A DNA stretch of 64,000 nt from Bdellovibrionales bacterium (GCA_031370005.1 JANMPT010000021.1:32001-96000), one strand, 5' to 3'; numbered from the stretch's first letter, positions 9,426 to 20,033 are shown. Made by a program: numbers and translations. The notes: generated by a model from the sequence alone, not told the origin.

Positions 9426-10400
9426 CTAGAATTCTTCGTCATCAACACCTGTACTGCTACCTTCACCAATGCCGCGCACCTCTTCAATATACGCAGTGGT
9501 TTCCTCTTCTAGTTCATTTTCTCCTGAGCTCTCATCAATCTCGAGTTCTTGAATGGCCGCCAAGAAATCCTTCTCTGTCCGAAGGTCGCGACGGATCATC
9601 TCTAAAAATTTATCAGGAAATCGCGCAGTGAGTTCCTCGATGTATCTACCCAGCTTACCATCAGCCAAAATTTTCTTGCGAACCTGTATTTTTCTCCAAA
9701 ATAAAAGATAGTGGTAACGGCAATAGCCATCTACAGCACCCACCTGGTCACAATCACGTGAACGGCAATATCGACGACCTTCAGCATCCGTTAAAAAGAC
9801 TTCTTCATCGCCACGATCTTTGACTTCCATGGCCCATGCTTCATCTTCTATAACTTCTTCATCTAATTCCTCGACGGCTTTGAGCTCTTCTTCATACTCA
9901 CCAATTTCATCGGCGCCTACAAAGTCATCGTCAGCTACGAAATCATCTTCTACTTCTTCAGTTTCTTCTTTTTTAGATTTAGAGCCTTTTTTAGGAGCTA
10001 CCGCTTTGGCTTCTTTTTTAGCCGTCGACTTCAGCATCACAGGCTCAGATAAAGTTTTCTTAGTTTCCTTTTCAAGGACCTTTTTCTCAGATTTTATTGG
10101 CAATGTAGGTGTTTTCTTTGCAGTAGCGCTTGCTTTGATTTTTTCCTTAGCAGGAATCAATACTTTTTTCGCTATCTTTTCAGAAACCTTAATAGGTTTT
10201 GGTGCTGTGGTTTTCGTCGTTCCAGACTTTTTATGCTTAGCGTCTTTTGCAGATAACTTAGCCGTCGACTTAACTGCTATTTTCTTTGCAGCACCAGGCT
10301 TAGCAATATGTTTTATGCTGGTTTTCGCTGTTTTCTTAACTGCAGTCGTTTTTTTCGATGCATTTTTCACTATACTTGATTTCTTTTTCATTTTTGCCAT
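9426..10400 (-). CDS. Hypothetical protein: Lys/Ala-rich N-terminus, acidic tract, CCCH Zn-finger-like motif
   Basis: Composition read directly from the translation; motif CRSRDCDQVGAVDGYCRYH. Confidence 0.75.
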   Translation of the reverse strand: MAKMKKKSSIVKNASKKTTAVKKTAKTSIKHIAKPGAAKKIAVKSTAKLSAKDAKHKKSGTTKTTAPKPIKVSEKIAKKVLIPAKEKIKASATAKKTPTLPIKSEKKVLEKETKKTLSEPVMLKSTAKKEAKAVAPKKGSKSKKEETEEVEDDFVADDDFVGADEIGEYEEELKAVEELDEEVIEDEAWAMEVKDRGDEEVFLTDAEGRRYCRSRDCDQVGAVDGYCRYHYLLFWRKIQVRKKILADGKLGRYIEELTARFPDKFLEMIRRDLRTEKDFLAAIQELEIDESSGENELEEETTAYIEEVRGIGEGSSTGVDDEEF

Positions 10401-10442
10401 AGAGATAAAGCCTTGAATGATATCAAAGTAGCTGTCAACTGA

Positions 10443-11447
10443 TTATTTCACAACAATGCTTCCCTCTTGAGAACGCACAAGGATTGTGCCCTTTTGTTCA
10501 CCACCTCGAAGACGACCTCGTACTGACTTTTCAGTAACACTTCTATTTACCTTAAGCTCGCCTGGGACAGATATTTCGCCCTCAGTGCTCAATAAGTTCA
10601 GCATGGCTCCCGAGCCGGCCACCGTCTGTATTAAAATCCTACCCGTGCCGCTTTTTACATGGACATCCGTTTCAGGCATAATGCCCAAATTCACGGGTCC
10701 CTCGCTCGTTTGCCCATCAATGCGGCCGACAAATTGCTGAGTCAACACACTGCCCTTGCCATTTTCAAACTGTAAAGTTCCAGAGCTGTGCAGTATTTTA
10801 GCCACGGATTGAGCCGTGTTAATCGACAAAAAACCCTTAGATTTTTCAATATTTATAGATCCTGAAAAAACACTGCCATCCAAGTCACCATGGAGATTTC
10901 GAACATTTAACTGTCCTTTGTATATATCAACAATTAACTTCGAGGCCTGATCTTGCACAGAAACCTCGCCATTTTGCAGTTGAATACTCAAAGAAGCACT
11001 GCCAGCCACACTTGTGACTTTTCCTTTAACGAGCGCGATCTTAAGTTCTTTGCTCCATTTTTGGCTACTGACTTGGCCATCTCGAAGTTGAATTTCTACA
11101 GGGACTGAAGCCCCAACGAACTCAAGTACTTTCTTTTTTGGAGTCTTAGAAAGAGCCTCTTTCCATTCTCTTTTATCCGAATATTCCTGCATTTTTATAA
11201 ACAAAACTCGATCTTTTTTTTCTAAGACGAACTGACCTGGCTCACTCGTTTCGTCAATTCCAGAAACGCGGAGCTTTTGCGCCATCGGCTGGCCAATCAA
11301 GGATATTTGGGCCTCAAGACCAACTACGACAATGCGTTCAATATCTTGAGGAGCAACCTCAAAGGCAAGAAGCGCCTGGGCTTGATGAACTAAAAAAAAA
11401 CTTGAAGCTAATATAGTAAAGACCAGGGCAGAAAAAATCCTTTTCAT
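10443..11447 (-). CDS. Secreted beta-strand repeat protein (DUF4097/adhesin-like)
   Basis: Signal peptide, then repeated (S/N)G.(V/I).(V/I) units. Confidence 0.7.
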   Translation of the reverse strand: MKRIFSALVFTILASSFFLVHQAQALLAFEVAPQDIERIVVVGLEAQISLIGQPMAQKLRVSGIDETSEPGQFVLEKKDRVLFIKMQEYSDKREWKEALSKTPKKKVLEFVGASVPVEIQLRDGQVSSQKWSKELKIALVKGKVTSVAGSASLSIQLQNGEVSVQDQASKLIVDIYKGQLNVRNLHGDLDGSVFSGSINIEKSKGFLSINTAQSVAKILHSSGTLQFENGKGSVLTQQFVGRIDGQTSEGPVNLGIMPETDVHVKSGTGRILIQTVAGSGAMLNLLSTEGEISVPGELKVNRSVTEKSVRGRLRGGEQKGTILVRSQEGSIVVK

Positions 11448-11552
11448 TCTGTCACTCCGTTTAATTTATGAGGGTCTATTTGACTCTGTCTTCAAAATAT
11501 AAAAGATTGATCAGGCTATTACTACGAGTTTCTTTTCAATAATGGAGAATTT

Positions 11553-12731
11553 ATGGAAAACGTTGTTATTGTTAGCGCTGTGCGTACACCCGTGGGCTCA
11601 TTTCAGGGGGGCTTGAGCTCCCTTCCTGCCCCTCAATTGGGTGCAATTGCCATTAGAGAAGCTCTCACTCGTGCTAAGGTTTTTTCTCACGAAGTTGATG
11701 AGTGTATCATGGGCGAGGTCTTAACGGCAGGTGTTGGACAAGCGCCCGCTCGCCAGGCCGCAATCTTTGCAGGCCTCAAAAACACTACCCCATGCATGAC
11801 TATCAATAAAGTTTGCGGTTCTGGTCTTAAAGCCATAATGCTAGCCGCAGACTCTCTTCAATTGGGTCACTCCAAAATTGCTCTTGCCGGTGGCCAGGAA
11901 AATATGTCTTTGGCTCCACATCTTTTAGAAAACTCTCGCACTGGATACCGCATGGGCTCTGCAACAATCGTAGACTCTATGGTTAAAGATGGACTTTGGG
12001 ACCCTTATAATAATTTTCATATGGGCAGTGCTGCTGAAATCTGCGCGCGTGAAAATCACTTCACCCGCGAGCAGCAAGATTCCTTCGCAATTGACTCTTA
12101 TAAAAAAGCACAAGCTGCAATCACTAGTGGTGCTTTTAAAAATGAAATCGTCCCAGTGATTATCGAATCAAAAAAAGGACCTATCAGTATTGATAAAGAT
12201 GAGGAGCCATTTAATACCAACTTCGACAAAATCCCTGGCCTTCGCGCTGCTTTTGAAAAAGATGGAACAATCACTGCCGCTAATGCCTCCAAGCTCAATG
12301 ACGGTGCCGCCGCGATTGTATTAATGACTGAGAGCACAGCCAAGGCTCGCGGCGCAAAACCTTTGGCAAAAATGATAGCCCAAGCTACATTTGCCCACGA
12401 CCCTAAATACTTCACCACGGCCCCTGTAGGGGCAATTAAGAAAGTTCTGCAAAATGCTGACTTGAAAATTGCTGATGTTGATCTTTGGGAAATCAATGAA
12501 GCTTTTGCTGTGGTTGCACAGGTTGCTATAAAAGAACTTGAAATCCCAAGCGAGAAAGTCAATGTCAACGGTGGTGCTATCGCCATTGGCCACCCAATTG
12601 GCGCAAGTGGTGCTCGTATCTTTACAAGCTTGATTCACGCACTCCATACATATAACAAACGTTATGGTTTGGCGACTTTATGCATTGGTGGCGGCGAAGC
12701 CGTTGCTGTTATCATTGAAAAAACCATTTAA
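11553..12731 (+). CDS. atoB: Acetyl-CoA C-acetyltransferase (thiolase)
   Basis: [24 protein letters not shown]. Confidence 0.95.
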   Translation: MENVVIVSAVRTPVGSFQGGLSSLPAPQLGAIAIREALTRAKVFSHEVDECIMGEVLTAGVGQAPARQAAIFAGLKNTTPCMTINKVCGSGLKAIMLAADSLQLGHSKIALAGGQENMSLAPHLLENSRTGYRMGSATIVDSMVKDGLWDPYNNFHMGSAAEICARENHFTREQQDSFAIDSYKKAQAAITSGAFKNEIVPVIIESKKGPISIDKDEEPFNTNFDKIPGLRAAFEKDGTITAANASKLNDGAAAIVLMTESTAKARGAKPLAKMIAQATFAHDPKYFTTAPVGAIKKVLQNADLKIADVDLWEINEAFAVVAQVAIKELEIPSEKVNVNGGAIAIGHPIGASGARIFTSLIHALHTYNKRYGLATLCIGGGEAVAVIIEKTI

Positions 12732-12748
12732 ATACAAATCGAGGACCT

Positions 12749-13450
12749 ATGATCAAAAGTAAAGTCTATGCAAATGCAAAATCAGCGCTTGAGGGAATCA
12801 AAGACAATATGACTTTGGTTGTTGGTGGCTTTGGTCTATGTGGAATTCCTGAAAACAGCATTAGCGCTCTGAAAGAGCTTGGCATTAAAGGCCTTACCTG
12901 CGTTTCAAATAACGCAGGGGTTGACGATTTTGGCCTCGGCATTCTTTTACACTCTCATCAAATTAAAAAAATGATTTCTTCATATGTGGGAGAGAATGCC
13001 ACTTTTGAGAAGCAGTTTATGAACGGCGAACTTGAAGTTGAGCTTTGCCCCCAGGGAACTTTGGCTGAAAGACTTCGCGCCGGTGGTGCCGGAATTGCTG
13101 GCTTCTATACCCCAACTGGAGTCGGAACTCCTGTAGCTGAAGGCAAAGAGATCAAAAATTTTGATGGCCGCGAATATGTCCTTGAGCGCGGGATTGTCGG
13201 CGACTTTGCGTTGGTCAAAGCATGGAAGGGTGATAAGTTCGGAAATTTAATTTATAGAAAAACCGCTCGCAACTTCAACCCCATGGTTGCCACTGCCGGT
13301 AAAATCACTGTGGCAGAAGTTGAGGAATTGGTAGAGATTGGGACTCTCCCTCCGGATCAGATTCATACGCCGGGCGTTTACATTCAACGCATTTTCCAAG
13401 GAAAAAACTATGAAAAACGCATCGAACAAATGACTGTAAGAAAGGCTTAA
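12749..13450 (+). CDS. scoA: 3-oxoacid CoA-transferase subunit A
   Basis: [29 protein letters not shown]. Confidence 0.93.
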   Translation: MIKSKVYANAKSALEGIKDNMTLVVGGFGLCGIPENSISALKELGIKGLTCVSNNAGVDDFGLGILLHSHQIKKMISSYVGENATFEKQFMNGELEVELCPQGTLAERLRAGGAGIAGFYTPTGVGTPVAEGKEIKNFDGREYVLERGIVGDFALVKAWKGDKFGNLIYRKTARNFNPMVATAGKITVAEVEELVEIGTLPPDQIHTPGVYIQRIFQGKNYEKRIEQMTVRKA

Positions 13451-13454
13451 GACT

Positions 13455-14111
13455 ATGCCATTGAATCGTGAGCAAATCGCACAAAGAATCGCCCAAGAAG
13501 TTCAAGATGGCTATACCGTGAATCTGGGTATCGGTATTCCCACACTTGTTGCAAATTATATCCCTTCTACAAAATCCATAATGCTTCAAAGTGAAAATGG
13601 GCTTTTAGGAATCGGCCCTTTCCCATTGGAAAAAGATGTCGATCCTGATCTTATCAACGCTGGCAAACAGACTGTCACCGAAGCCTTAGGAGCAAGCTAC
13701 TTTAACTCAGCAGATAGCTTCGCAATGATTCGTGGGGGTCATGTGGACCTCACTGTTTTGGGTGCCATGGAGGTGGATCAAAACGGTAGTATTGCAAACT
13801 GGATGGTTCCAGGAAAAATGGTTAAAGGCATGGGCGGCGCTATGGATCTAGTCGCTGGAGCAAAGAATGTGATAGTTGCCATGCAACATACGGATAAGGA
13901 TGGAAATTCAAAACTTCGCACAAAGTGTACTCTTCCGCTGACGGGTGTGAACTGCATTAAGAAAATCGTTTCTGATTATGGTGTTATCGATGTCACACCC
14001 GCAGGTTTTGTTTTACGCGAATATGCTCCAGATTTAACTCCAGAAAAAGTTCTCGCTGCAACGGAAGGTAAAATGACTATTGCCACTGATGTGAAACCAA
14101 TGACTTTCTAA
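13455..14111 (+). CDS. scoB: 3-oxoacid CoA-transferase subunit B
   Basis: NLGIGIP, SENG (catalytic Glu), GMGGAMDL. Confidence 0.93.
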   Translation: MPLNREQIAQRIAQEVQDGYTVNLGIGIPTLVANYIPSTKSIMLQSENGLLGIGPFPLEKDVDPDLINAGKQTVTEALGASYFNSADSFAMIRGGHVDLTVLGAMEVDQNGSIANWMVPGKMVKGMGGAMDLVAGAKNVIVAMQHTDKDGNSKLRTKCTLPLTGVNCIKKIVSDYGVIDVTPAGFVLREYAPDLTPEKVLAATEGKMTIATDVKPMTF

Positions 14112-14129
14112 AACTGTTTCAATGGCCAA

Positions 14130-14156
14130 TTAAAGTCTAGGGGCATTTGCCGTTAA
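14130..14156 (+). promoter_or_regulatory. Candidate sigma28 (FliA) promoter
   Basis: TTAA-N15-GCCGTTAA upstream of the cNMP-binding protein gene. Confidence 0.5.
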
Positions 14157-14206
14157 GGCCCTTTAAAGCCATAATCATAAAGTGTGAATCAACCAGGGGA
14201 TGCTTC

Positions 14207-15184
14207 GTGGCAGATGGTAAAAAGATCGCAAAGGACACCTATTTATTCCGTGATGGGGATGCTCCTGATGCTATGTATATCGTTAAAACAGGAATGCTAG
14301 TTGTTACCAAAACAAAGGGCAGCTCAGAAGTCATCCTCGCAGAAATTGGACCTGGCTCCATGGTCGGAGAAATGGCGATCTTTGATAAAAAACCTCGCAG
14401 CGCCAACGTCAAAGCCATTAAAGACTCAGAGGTTATTTCCCTTCCCTATGAAAGTTTGAATCAACAAATGGATTCTTTGCCTGTTTGGGTAAAGGCCATT
14501 ATGAGAACCATGAATGAAAATCTTCGTGAGGCAAATAAAAAAATCAAACTGCTCGAAAATCCAGGGCAGGAAGAAGATCGATACCCTCCTCACACAGTGA
14601 TCAAACTTTTATCTCTTGTGAATCTCGTGGGTCATAAGTATGGCAAGCCCGAGGAAGGCGGAGTTTCAGTTCCCACTGGAACTCTTCGTCGTTATACAAT
14701 TCAGGTTTTCCAAGAAGCTACAAACAAAATGAACAGTATGACCAATGCGCTGAAAACCCTGGGCCACATGACCATTGAAGATCTTGGTGAAGGCCGCCAA
14801 AAAATGATTAATCTTCAACCGGACTTCTTGTTTGAATTTGTCGACTGGTATACAGAGTGGCTGTTTAGTTCTGACAAAGAAAAAATCACCCTGCGCGATG
14901 AGGAGTGCAAAGTCATGGAGGGAGTCCTTCACTTTGCTTCTAAAGTTCAGCCTGATGCCAAGGGCTTACATAAAATTAATATTAATGATATCCAAAATGA
15001 ATCCATGAAAGACCTTGGACGATTGATTCGTGTTGAAGAACTAAATCCACTTATTGAAAAAAAATTAATCTCCGAAAAAATCATGGAAGAATCAGGCATC
15101 TATGTGATGATAACTCCGGGTGAGGTTGAAAAGATCACTAGAAACTGGAGCCTAATTAATAATCTAAAAAAGCATCTCCGCTAA
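14207..15184 (+). CDS. Cyclic-nucleotide-binding domain protein (Crp/Fnr-like N-terminus)
   Basis: FRDGD..DAMYIV..G and GEMAIFDKKPRSANVKA. GTG start at 14207 inferred from the AGGGG RBS. Confidence 0.85.
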   Translation: MADGKKIAKDTYLFRDGDAPDAMYIVKTGMLVVTKTKGSSEVILAEIGPGSMVGEMAIFDKKPRSANVKAIKDSEVISLPYESLNQQMDSLPVWVKAIMRTMNENLREANKKIKLLENPGQEEDRYPPHTVIKLLSLVNLVGHKYGKPEEGGVSVPTGTLRRYTIQVFQEATNKMNSMTNALKTLGHMTIEDLGEGRQKMINLQPDFLFEFVDWYTEWLFSSDKEKITLRDEECKVMEGVLHFASKVQPDAKGLHKININDIQNESMKDLGRLIRVEELNPLIEKKLISEKIMEESGIYVMITPGEVEKITRNWSLINNLKKHLR

Positions 15185-15188
15185 AAAT

Positions 15189-16676
15189 TTATGTTATTGA
15201 TGGATCCAATTGGCAACGCAGCGGAAGATTCTCATCTTTTATTCGAGTTTGATTCTCAGCACCAACGATGTGTAAAAATAAGGCGTTTGTTTTAGCGCCA
15301 TCAGAAATAGGCTGACCAAGCGTAAAAATCACGCGATCCCCTGTCTTCGCAAGACCATATTGAACCAACAATTGATCGACTTGCTCTAAAATGTCTTCCA
15401 TCGTTTTATAAGGCTTAATTGTGAGCGTCTGAATACCCCAGGTCAGCTCAAGAGTATTGAGCACGTCAATCATATCCGTAACAGCAATGATACGAGCTTT
15501 CGGACGATAACTCGCAATAATATTCGCCGTTTTTCCGGAGGTCGTTAAACACACAATAGCGCTGGCGTTGAGTTTCAAAGCTGAAAGACTGGCACTGGCC
15601 GCAATCGCAGCAGGAGGGCTAAGGAACTCATTCTCTAATGAAATCCTGTAGTATTTTTCTTCGGTTCTCTCAACTTCAAGGATTATGTCATGCATGGTGC
15701 GAATTGCTAGAAATGGATATTTGCCACTTGCAGACTCAGCTGACAACATGAGGGCATCTGAACCATCTAAAACGGCATTTGCGACGTCTGTTATTTCAGC
15801 GCGAGTTGGACGCGGATTCTCCACCATGCTATCCAACATTTGGGTTGCGGTAATTACCGGTTTTCTAAGCTGATTACATAGGTGAATGATCTTCTTCTGA
15901 ATTCCAGGCAAAAGAGTCTGCCCTACTTCTACAGCCAAATCTCCCCGGGCCACCATGATGGCGTCGCTCAATCGAGCGATTTCTTCGAGGTTTTCAAGGG
16001 CTTCAATCATTTCAATTTTGGCGCAAATTTTCGCACTTGAACCTTTGTTCTCAATAATTTCTCGTAGTTTGCGAATGTCTCTTGGGTGACGGACAAAGCT
16101 TAAGGCCACATAGTCAACACCATTGGCAAGACCGAACTCTAGGTCCTCTATATCCTTCGCCGTCATGCACTCCACAGGAAGATTTGCCCCAGGTAAGTTC
16201 ATGCCCTTACGATCTTTTAGCGTTCCACCAAAAACCACTTCAATATCAACTTCATGGCCACGCACCTTAAGAACTTTAAGTTCTAATAAGCCATCATCTA
16301 AAAGTATTTTTGTACCGGGCTGAACTGACTGCGGCAGCTCTTTAAAATCGCTAGGAATAAGCCCTTCACGTCCTAAGACGTTTTCAGTAGTGACTACTAG
16401 CAGATCACCTTTTTTAAAAGTAATAGAGCCTTTTTCAAATTTCCCTACCCGAATTTTAGGCCCCTGAAGATCCTGCAGAATAGTCACTGGAGCTTGAAGC
16501 TCTTTTGAAAGCTTGCGTACAAGATGAATTACCTTCAAGTGGTCTTGGTGACTACCGTGACTGAAATTCAGCCTGGCGACGTTGAGCCCAGACTTGATGG
16601 CGTTTTGGAGAGAGGCCTCATCCATTGTGGAAGGGCCAATGGTTGCAACAATCTTAACTCTACGGTCCGCTAACAT
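15189..16676 (-). CDS. pyk: Pyruvate kinase
   Basis: KIVATIGP, RLNFSHG, DLQGPKIR, MVARGDL, ATQMLDSM, PTRAE. Confidence 0.97.
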   Translation of the reverse strand: MLADRRVKIVATIGPSTMDEASLQNAIKSGLNVARLNFSHGSHQDHLKVIHLVRKLSKELQAPVTILQDLQGPKIRVGKFEKGSITFKKGDLLVVTTENVLGREGLIPSDFKELPQSVQPGTKILLDDGLLELKVLKVRGHEVDIEVVFGGTLKDRKGMNLPGANLPVECMTAKDIEDLEFGLANGVDYVALSFVRHPRDIRKLREIIENKGSSAKICAKIEMIEALENLEEIARLSDAIMVARGDLAVEVGQTLLPGIQKKIIHLCNQLRKPVITATQMLDSMVENPRPTRAEITDVANAVLDGSDALMLSAESASGKYPFLAIRTMHDIILEVERTEEKYYRISLENEFLSPPAAIAASASLSALKLNASAIVCLTTSGKTANIIASYRPKARIIAVTDMIDVLNTLELTWGIQTLTIKPYKTMEDILEQVDQLLVQYGLAKTGDRVIFTLGQPISDGAKTNALFLHIVGAENQTRIKDENLPLRCQLDPSIT

Positions 16677-16681
16677 AAGGC

Positions 16682-18358
16682 TTATGCTTTCTTGCTGTAG
16701 TTACTCATTCTTGTCGACAAGTTTTGCATATCTTCCTGATGACGTCTATTCATTCTATCAAGTTGTTCCTCATGAGCCTCATTCGACTGTGCTAGCTTAG
16801 CCTCGTATTTCATTTCTAAAGAACTCGTTTGTTGCTTTACCTCTTTGTCTTTATTGTTTAGGCGCTGAGCATAATAATTTTCAATACGCTTGAGCTCTTT
16901 CTCATGATTATCTTTTATCTGATTGATTTTATTCTCATAACTAGTCGTTATGTTTTCAGCTTTCTGGTTATATCCCTTTTCAATGCCATGAAAACGATCA
17001 CTCATTGCCTTATTCATCCGCACCATATCATCAGTGGCTTGCTCTCTTTGCCCAGCAACACGCTCAGAAAAGTTATCTTTCATCTGATCAAGTGAATCCT
17101 CAAAGTACTTACTATATGCTTCTTGGTTATTTTGTGCCACTTTGGTGATTTTTTTCACCCGACTCTCCGAAGTTCCGGAGACCAAATCCAAAGAGTCTTT
17201 ATGCTGCTGCAATAACATCTCACGGTCTTGACGATTTCTTTGCGTCATTAAATCCAATTCGCCACGATGCTCTCGGTTAGATGCAATCAGTGTCTTATCC
17301 GTTTGCGCTACCATCTGACCAATACGCTTACGATTGATATCTTTCATATTATCAACAGCCCCCTCCCTTTGCTTCTCAAGAAGGTCCATCTGTTCGCCGT
17401 ATTTACTTTCTAAATCGCGGCGTTCAATATTTCGAAGGCGTTCATTATTAATCATTTCGTGATTCAATTTACTACTCAAGCGCGCAACTTGACTTTCCTT
17501 TGAGCGCACTTGGCTGTTTAAGCGATTATTGACTGAATCCTGAAGATCTTGACTGGCATCGTCGAGCTGCTCGTATTTCTTATTGATCGCCTTATTGTAC
17601 TTACGGTTCAGCTCGCCTAACTCCCCTTTCAGTACCATGCCATTTGTGCGCATACTATCAGCATTTTGCTCTTCAGAGTTCTTAACTGCATCCTTGTACT
17701 TTTGATTCCAACGGGAAATCTCAGATTCCTTTTGGCGATGTTCGGCACTGAACTTTCCATCGTAGGCCTTACGCATTTCTTTATTGTCACGTTCCATATT
17801 GTTGAGCTGCATGTCACGATCTTTAATGGTGGCACCTATCTCTTTAGCGTGGGCACCTTTGAGTTTTTGATCATGCTCACTTAAGGACTCTTTAAGATCA
17901 GTTTGATTGCGAGAACTCATCTCCTGAAATTTAGCGTTTTGTTCATTGAGCTCGTCATGTTGTCTTGCTATCAAATTTTCTTTTTGCATTTCACTGATGC
18001 TTTTTAGTTTTTGCAATTCACCAGCAGAGGTATTTCTCAACTCGCGTCGATCGCTCTCGTTCTCTTCGGATTTTTTACGTAATTGTCCTTTATAAAGATT
18101 TCGGACTTCATCCACTTTTCGCATGTTGGACTGATCACGTTCCGTCAGATTTTCACGATAATGGCTTTTAAGGCTCTCCATCTCGCTATTGAACTCTTCA
18201 TTCAGACGATTCACCTCGGCATAATGCTTCTGATTAAGGCGATCCATTTCGGTTTTTTGTTTTCTTTGGTTTTCTGACTCTCGGGTCTCGTACTCTTCAC
18301 GAGTTTGACGAACACGATCATCCTGAGTTTTTCGGTCTGACGAGCCCACACTGGACAT
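16682..18358 (-). CDS. Long coiled-coil hypothetical protein
   Basis: 558 aa, E/Q/K/R/D-rich, no Pro or Cys seen, no signal peptide or TM segment; AGGAGG RBS. Confidence 0.75.
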   Translation of the reverse strand: MSSVGSSDRKTQDDRVRQTREEYETRESENQRKQKTEMDRLNQKHYAEVNRLNEEFNSEMESLKSHYRENLTERDQSNMRKVDEVRNLYKGQLRKKSEENESDRRELRNTSAGELQKLKSISEMQKENLIARQHDELNEQNAKFQEMSSRNQTDLKESLSEHDQKLKGAHAKEIGATIKDRDMQLNNMERDNKEMRKAYDGKFSAEHRQKESEISRWNQKYKDAVKNSEEQNADSMRTNGMVLKGELGELNRKYNKAINKKYEQLDDASQDLQDSVNNRLNSQVRSKESQVARLSSKLNHEMINNERLRNIERRDLESKYGEQMDLLEKQREGAVDNMKDINRKRIGQMVAQTDKTLIASNREHRGELDLMTQRNRQDREMLLQQHKDSLDLVSGTSESRVKKITKVAQNNQEAYSKYFEDSLDQMKDNFSERVAGQREQATDDMVRMNKAMSDRFHGIEKGYNQKAENITTSYENKINQIKDNHEKELKRIENYYAQRLNNKDKEVKQQTSSLEMKYEAKLAQSNEAHEEQLDRMNRRHQEDMQNLSTRMSNYSKKA

Positions 18359-18487
18359 CCCTGTCCTCCTTGAAAAAAATCATCAAAAATGCTACTTTCA
18401 GGCTAGCATAAAGCAACTTTTTAAGGACTAGGGGGCTGAGTTTAGAAACGAAATCAGGACTTTGGTTGCAGCTAAAAGGTCGGGCTT

Positions 18488-19228
18488 TTATTCATCGAAA
18501 ACCCTTTTATGGAACTCCGCACGAATACGAAGACGATTTTCTTCATTTTTCTTCTGAATCTCAAGTCGCAGACGTTTTTGGTCTTCTAGTGCAGCTAATT
18601 TTCTTTCCACAATTTTTTTATATATATCACCACTTTGATCCACCGAATCCACCCACTGATCTTTAAGATCTTGGATCTCAGAAATAAACTGTTCACGTGT
18701 TCCTGGATAAAGCTCGTACCATGATTTTAAGTGTTGCTTGAAATTGATCAACTCAACAACTCCATGCTCTACTTTAGCTTCGGAATTAACTCCCCCGGCC
18801 CAGACTTCAAATCCTCGGGGAATTTCCATTTTCGTTTTATCAATAAATGTAACTATCAACTTTGCACTAATATTACGAAATACAAAATGTCCATTTTCTG
18901 CAAAAACCCAATACTGACCGCCACTACCCTCTGCTTCAGCAGAAACTGTTTTAATTTTAACTGCGGAAGCATTCTGAGCCCACAGTGCACCTTCAATAAG
19001 ACTCCACTCTTTTCCCTTTACGTTTTCAGTGAGTATTGTTTTTTCTGAAGCTCGCAACTTTACGCTATTAGCCGCATAAGACCATTTATTAGTCATTACC
19101 TTAAATGAACATGGGCTGACTCGTCCGATACAATTTTCTGGGAGTGAAATATTAGGCTCAGAAGCGCGCACTCGAACTTCCATTTGAAAAGCAGCTAAAA
19201 ATAATAACAGTTGTGCGAGTTTCTTCAT
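18488..19228 (-). CDS. Secreted hypothetical protein (FecR-like beta region plus C-terminal helix)
   Basis: Signal-like N-terminus, L.EG.LW pattern; TAATG coupling to the upstream gene. Confidence 0.6.
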   Translation of the reverse strand: MKKLAQLLLFLAAFQMEVRVRASEPNISLPENCIGRVSPCSFKVMTNKWSYAANSVKLRASEKTILTENVKGKEWSLIEGALWAQNASAVKIKTVSAEAEGSGGQYWVFAENGHFVFRNISAKLIVTFIDKTKMEIPRGFEVWAGGVNSEAKVEHGVVELINFKQHLKSWYELYPGTREQFISEIQDLKDQWVDSVDQSGDIYKKIVERKLAALEDQKRLRLEIQKKNEENRLRIRAEFHKRVFDE

Positions 19229-19920
19229 TATTCAACCTGGAGACCTTCTGACAACTTGTGAGCTTGCGTACGAAGTTGTTCATTTTTAAAGTGCCCCTGA
19301 ACAGTTTTATAAATCTCAGAGGCCTCTTCTAAGTGATTATTAAGCTCACTTACTTGCCCCATCCGTAACATCACAAAACCCGTCAGATCATTGTCTGGAT
19401 ACTGCTGAATCATCTGGTCGATCAAATCCAAACTATTTTTATAATCTTTTTGCAAGAAAAAGGCTTCTGCCATGAAAAAGTGACTTTCTACTGTGTAGCG
19501 AGAGAGCGGATACTCATTGAGAACTTTACGAAATTCCTTGATAGATTTTTCGTATTTCTGCTCCTTAAACAGCTTCTTGCCTTTTTCAAAAATAATTCCG
19601 GAAAGGTCTAACTGGGCCTCACTTGCCGGTACACGCAGACTGCTAGCAAAGTTTTGTAATTCATAATTTGCAATCTGATTTTTAATCTCGGAGTTTGGCG
19701 GCAGTATAACTGCAACACTTTGCTTGAAATCAATAAGTTGATTTTGCAAAAGTGCATTTTTGAACTCTTCTTTTTCAATACTCAGGCGCAATTGATGAGC
19801 CTGAATCTGATATTCTTTTCCTTGATTAAAGTAATTTGAAAACTCGTTATAGGCCAACAGAAGACCCACTGTAATGCTTAAACAAACTATGACGAATAAA
19901 GAATTAGACACTCTTTTCAT
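19228..19920 (-). CDS. Membrane-anchored coiled-coil/TPR protein (CpoB/YbgF/BamD-like TPRs)
   Basis: N-terminal TM, then KY..SI..F...L..YP.S repeats. Confidence 0.75.
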   Translation of the reverse strand: MKRVSNSLFVIVCLSITVGLLLAYNEFSNYFNQGKEYQIQAHQLRLSIEKEEFKNALLQNQLIDFKQSVAVILPPNSEIKNQIANYELQNFASSLRVPASEAQLDLSGIIFEKGKKLFKEQKYEKSIKEFRKVLNEYPLSRYTVESHFFMAEAFFLQKDYKNSLDLIDQMIQQYPDNDLTGFVMLRMGQVSELNNHLEEASEIYKTVQGHFKNEQLRTQAHKLSEGLQVE

Positions 19921-19927
19921 AGACTTC

Positions 19928-19954
19928 TTATCGGCGATTTCTGAAAGAAGTTAA
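19928..19954 (-). promoter_or_regulatory. sigma28 (FliA) promoter
   Basis: TTAA-N15-GCCGATAA; the -10 is a perfect match and lies 7 nt upstream of the ATG at 19920. Confidence 0.75.
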
Positions 19955-20033
19955 GTCATGTCTATAATAAGGAATTTACATTGAAACACTTCGAAGAAAA
20001 GCTAGCCCAAGGTCCTTAACGCCCAATATAGAT

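Noticed and set aside
9820..10416. 198-aa plus-strand ORF rich in Ser/Phe/Leu
   Set aside because: Antisense shadow of the Lys/Glu-rich gene at 9426-10400; its composition is explained by reverse-complement codons.
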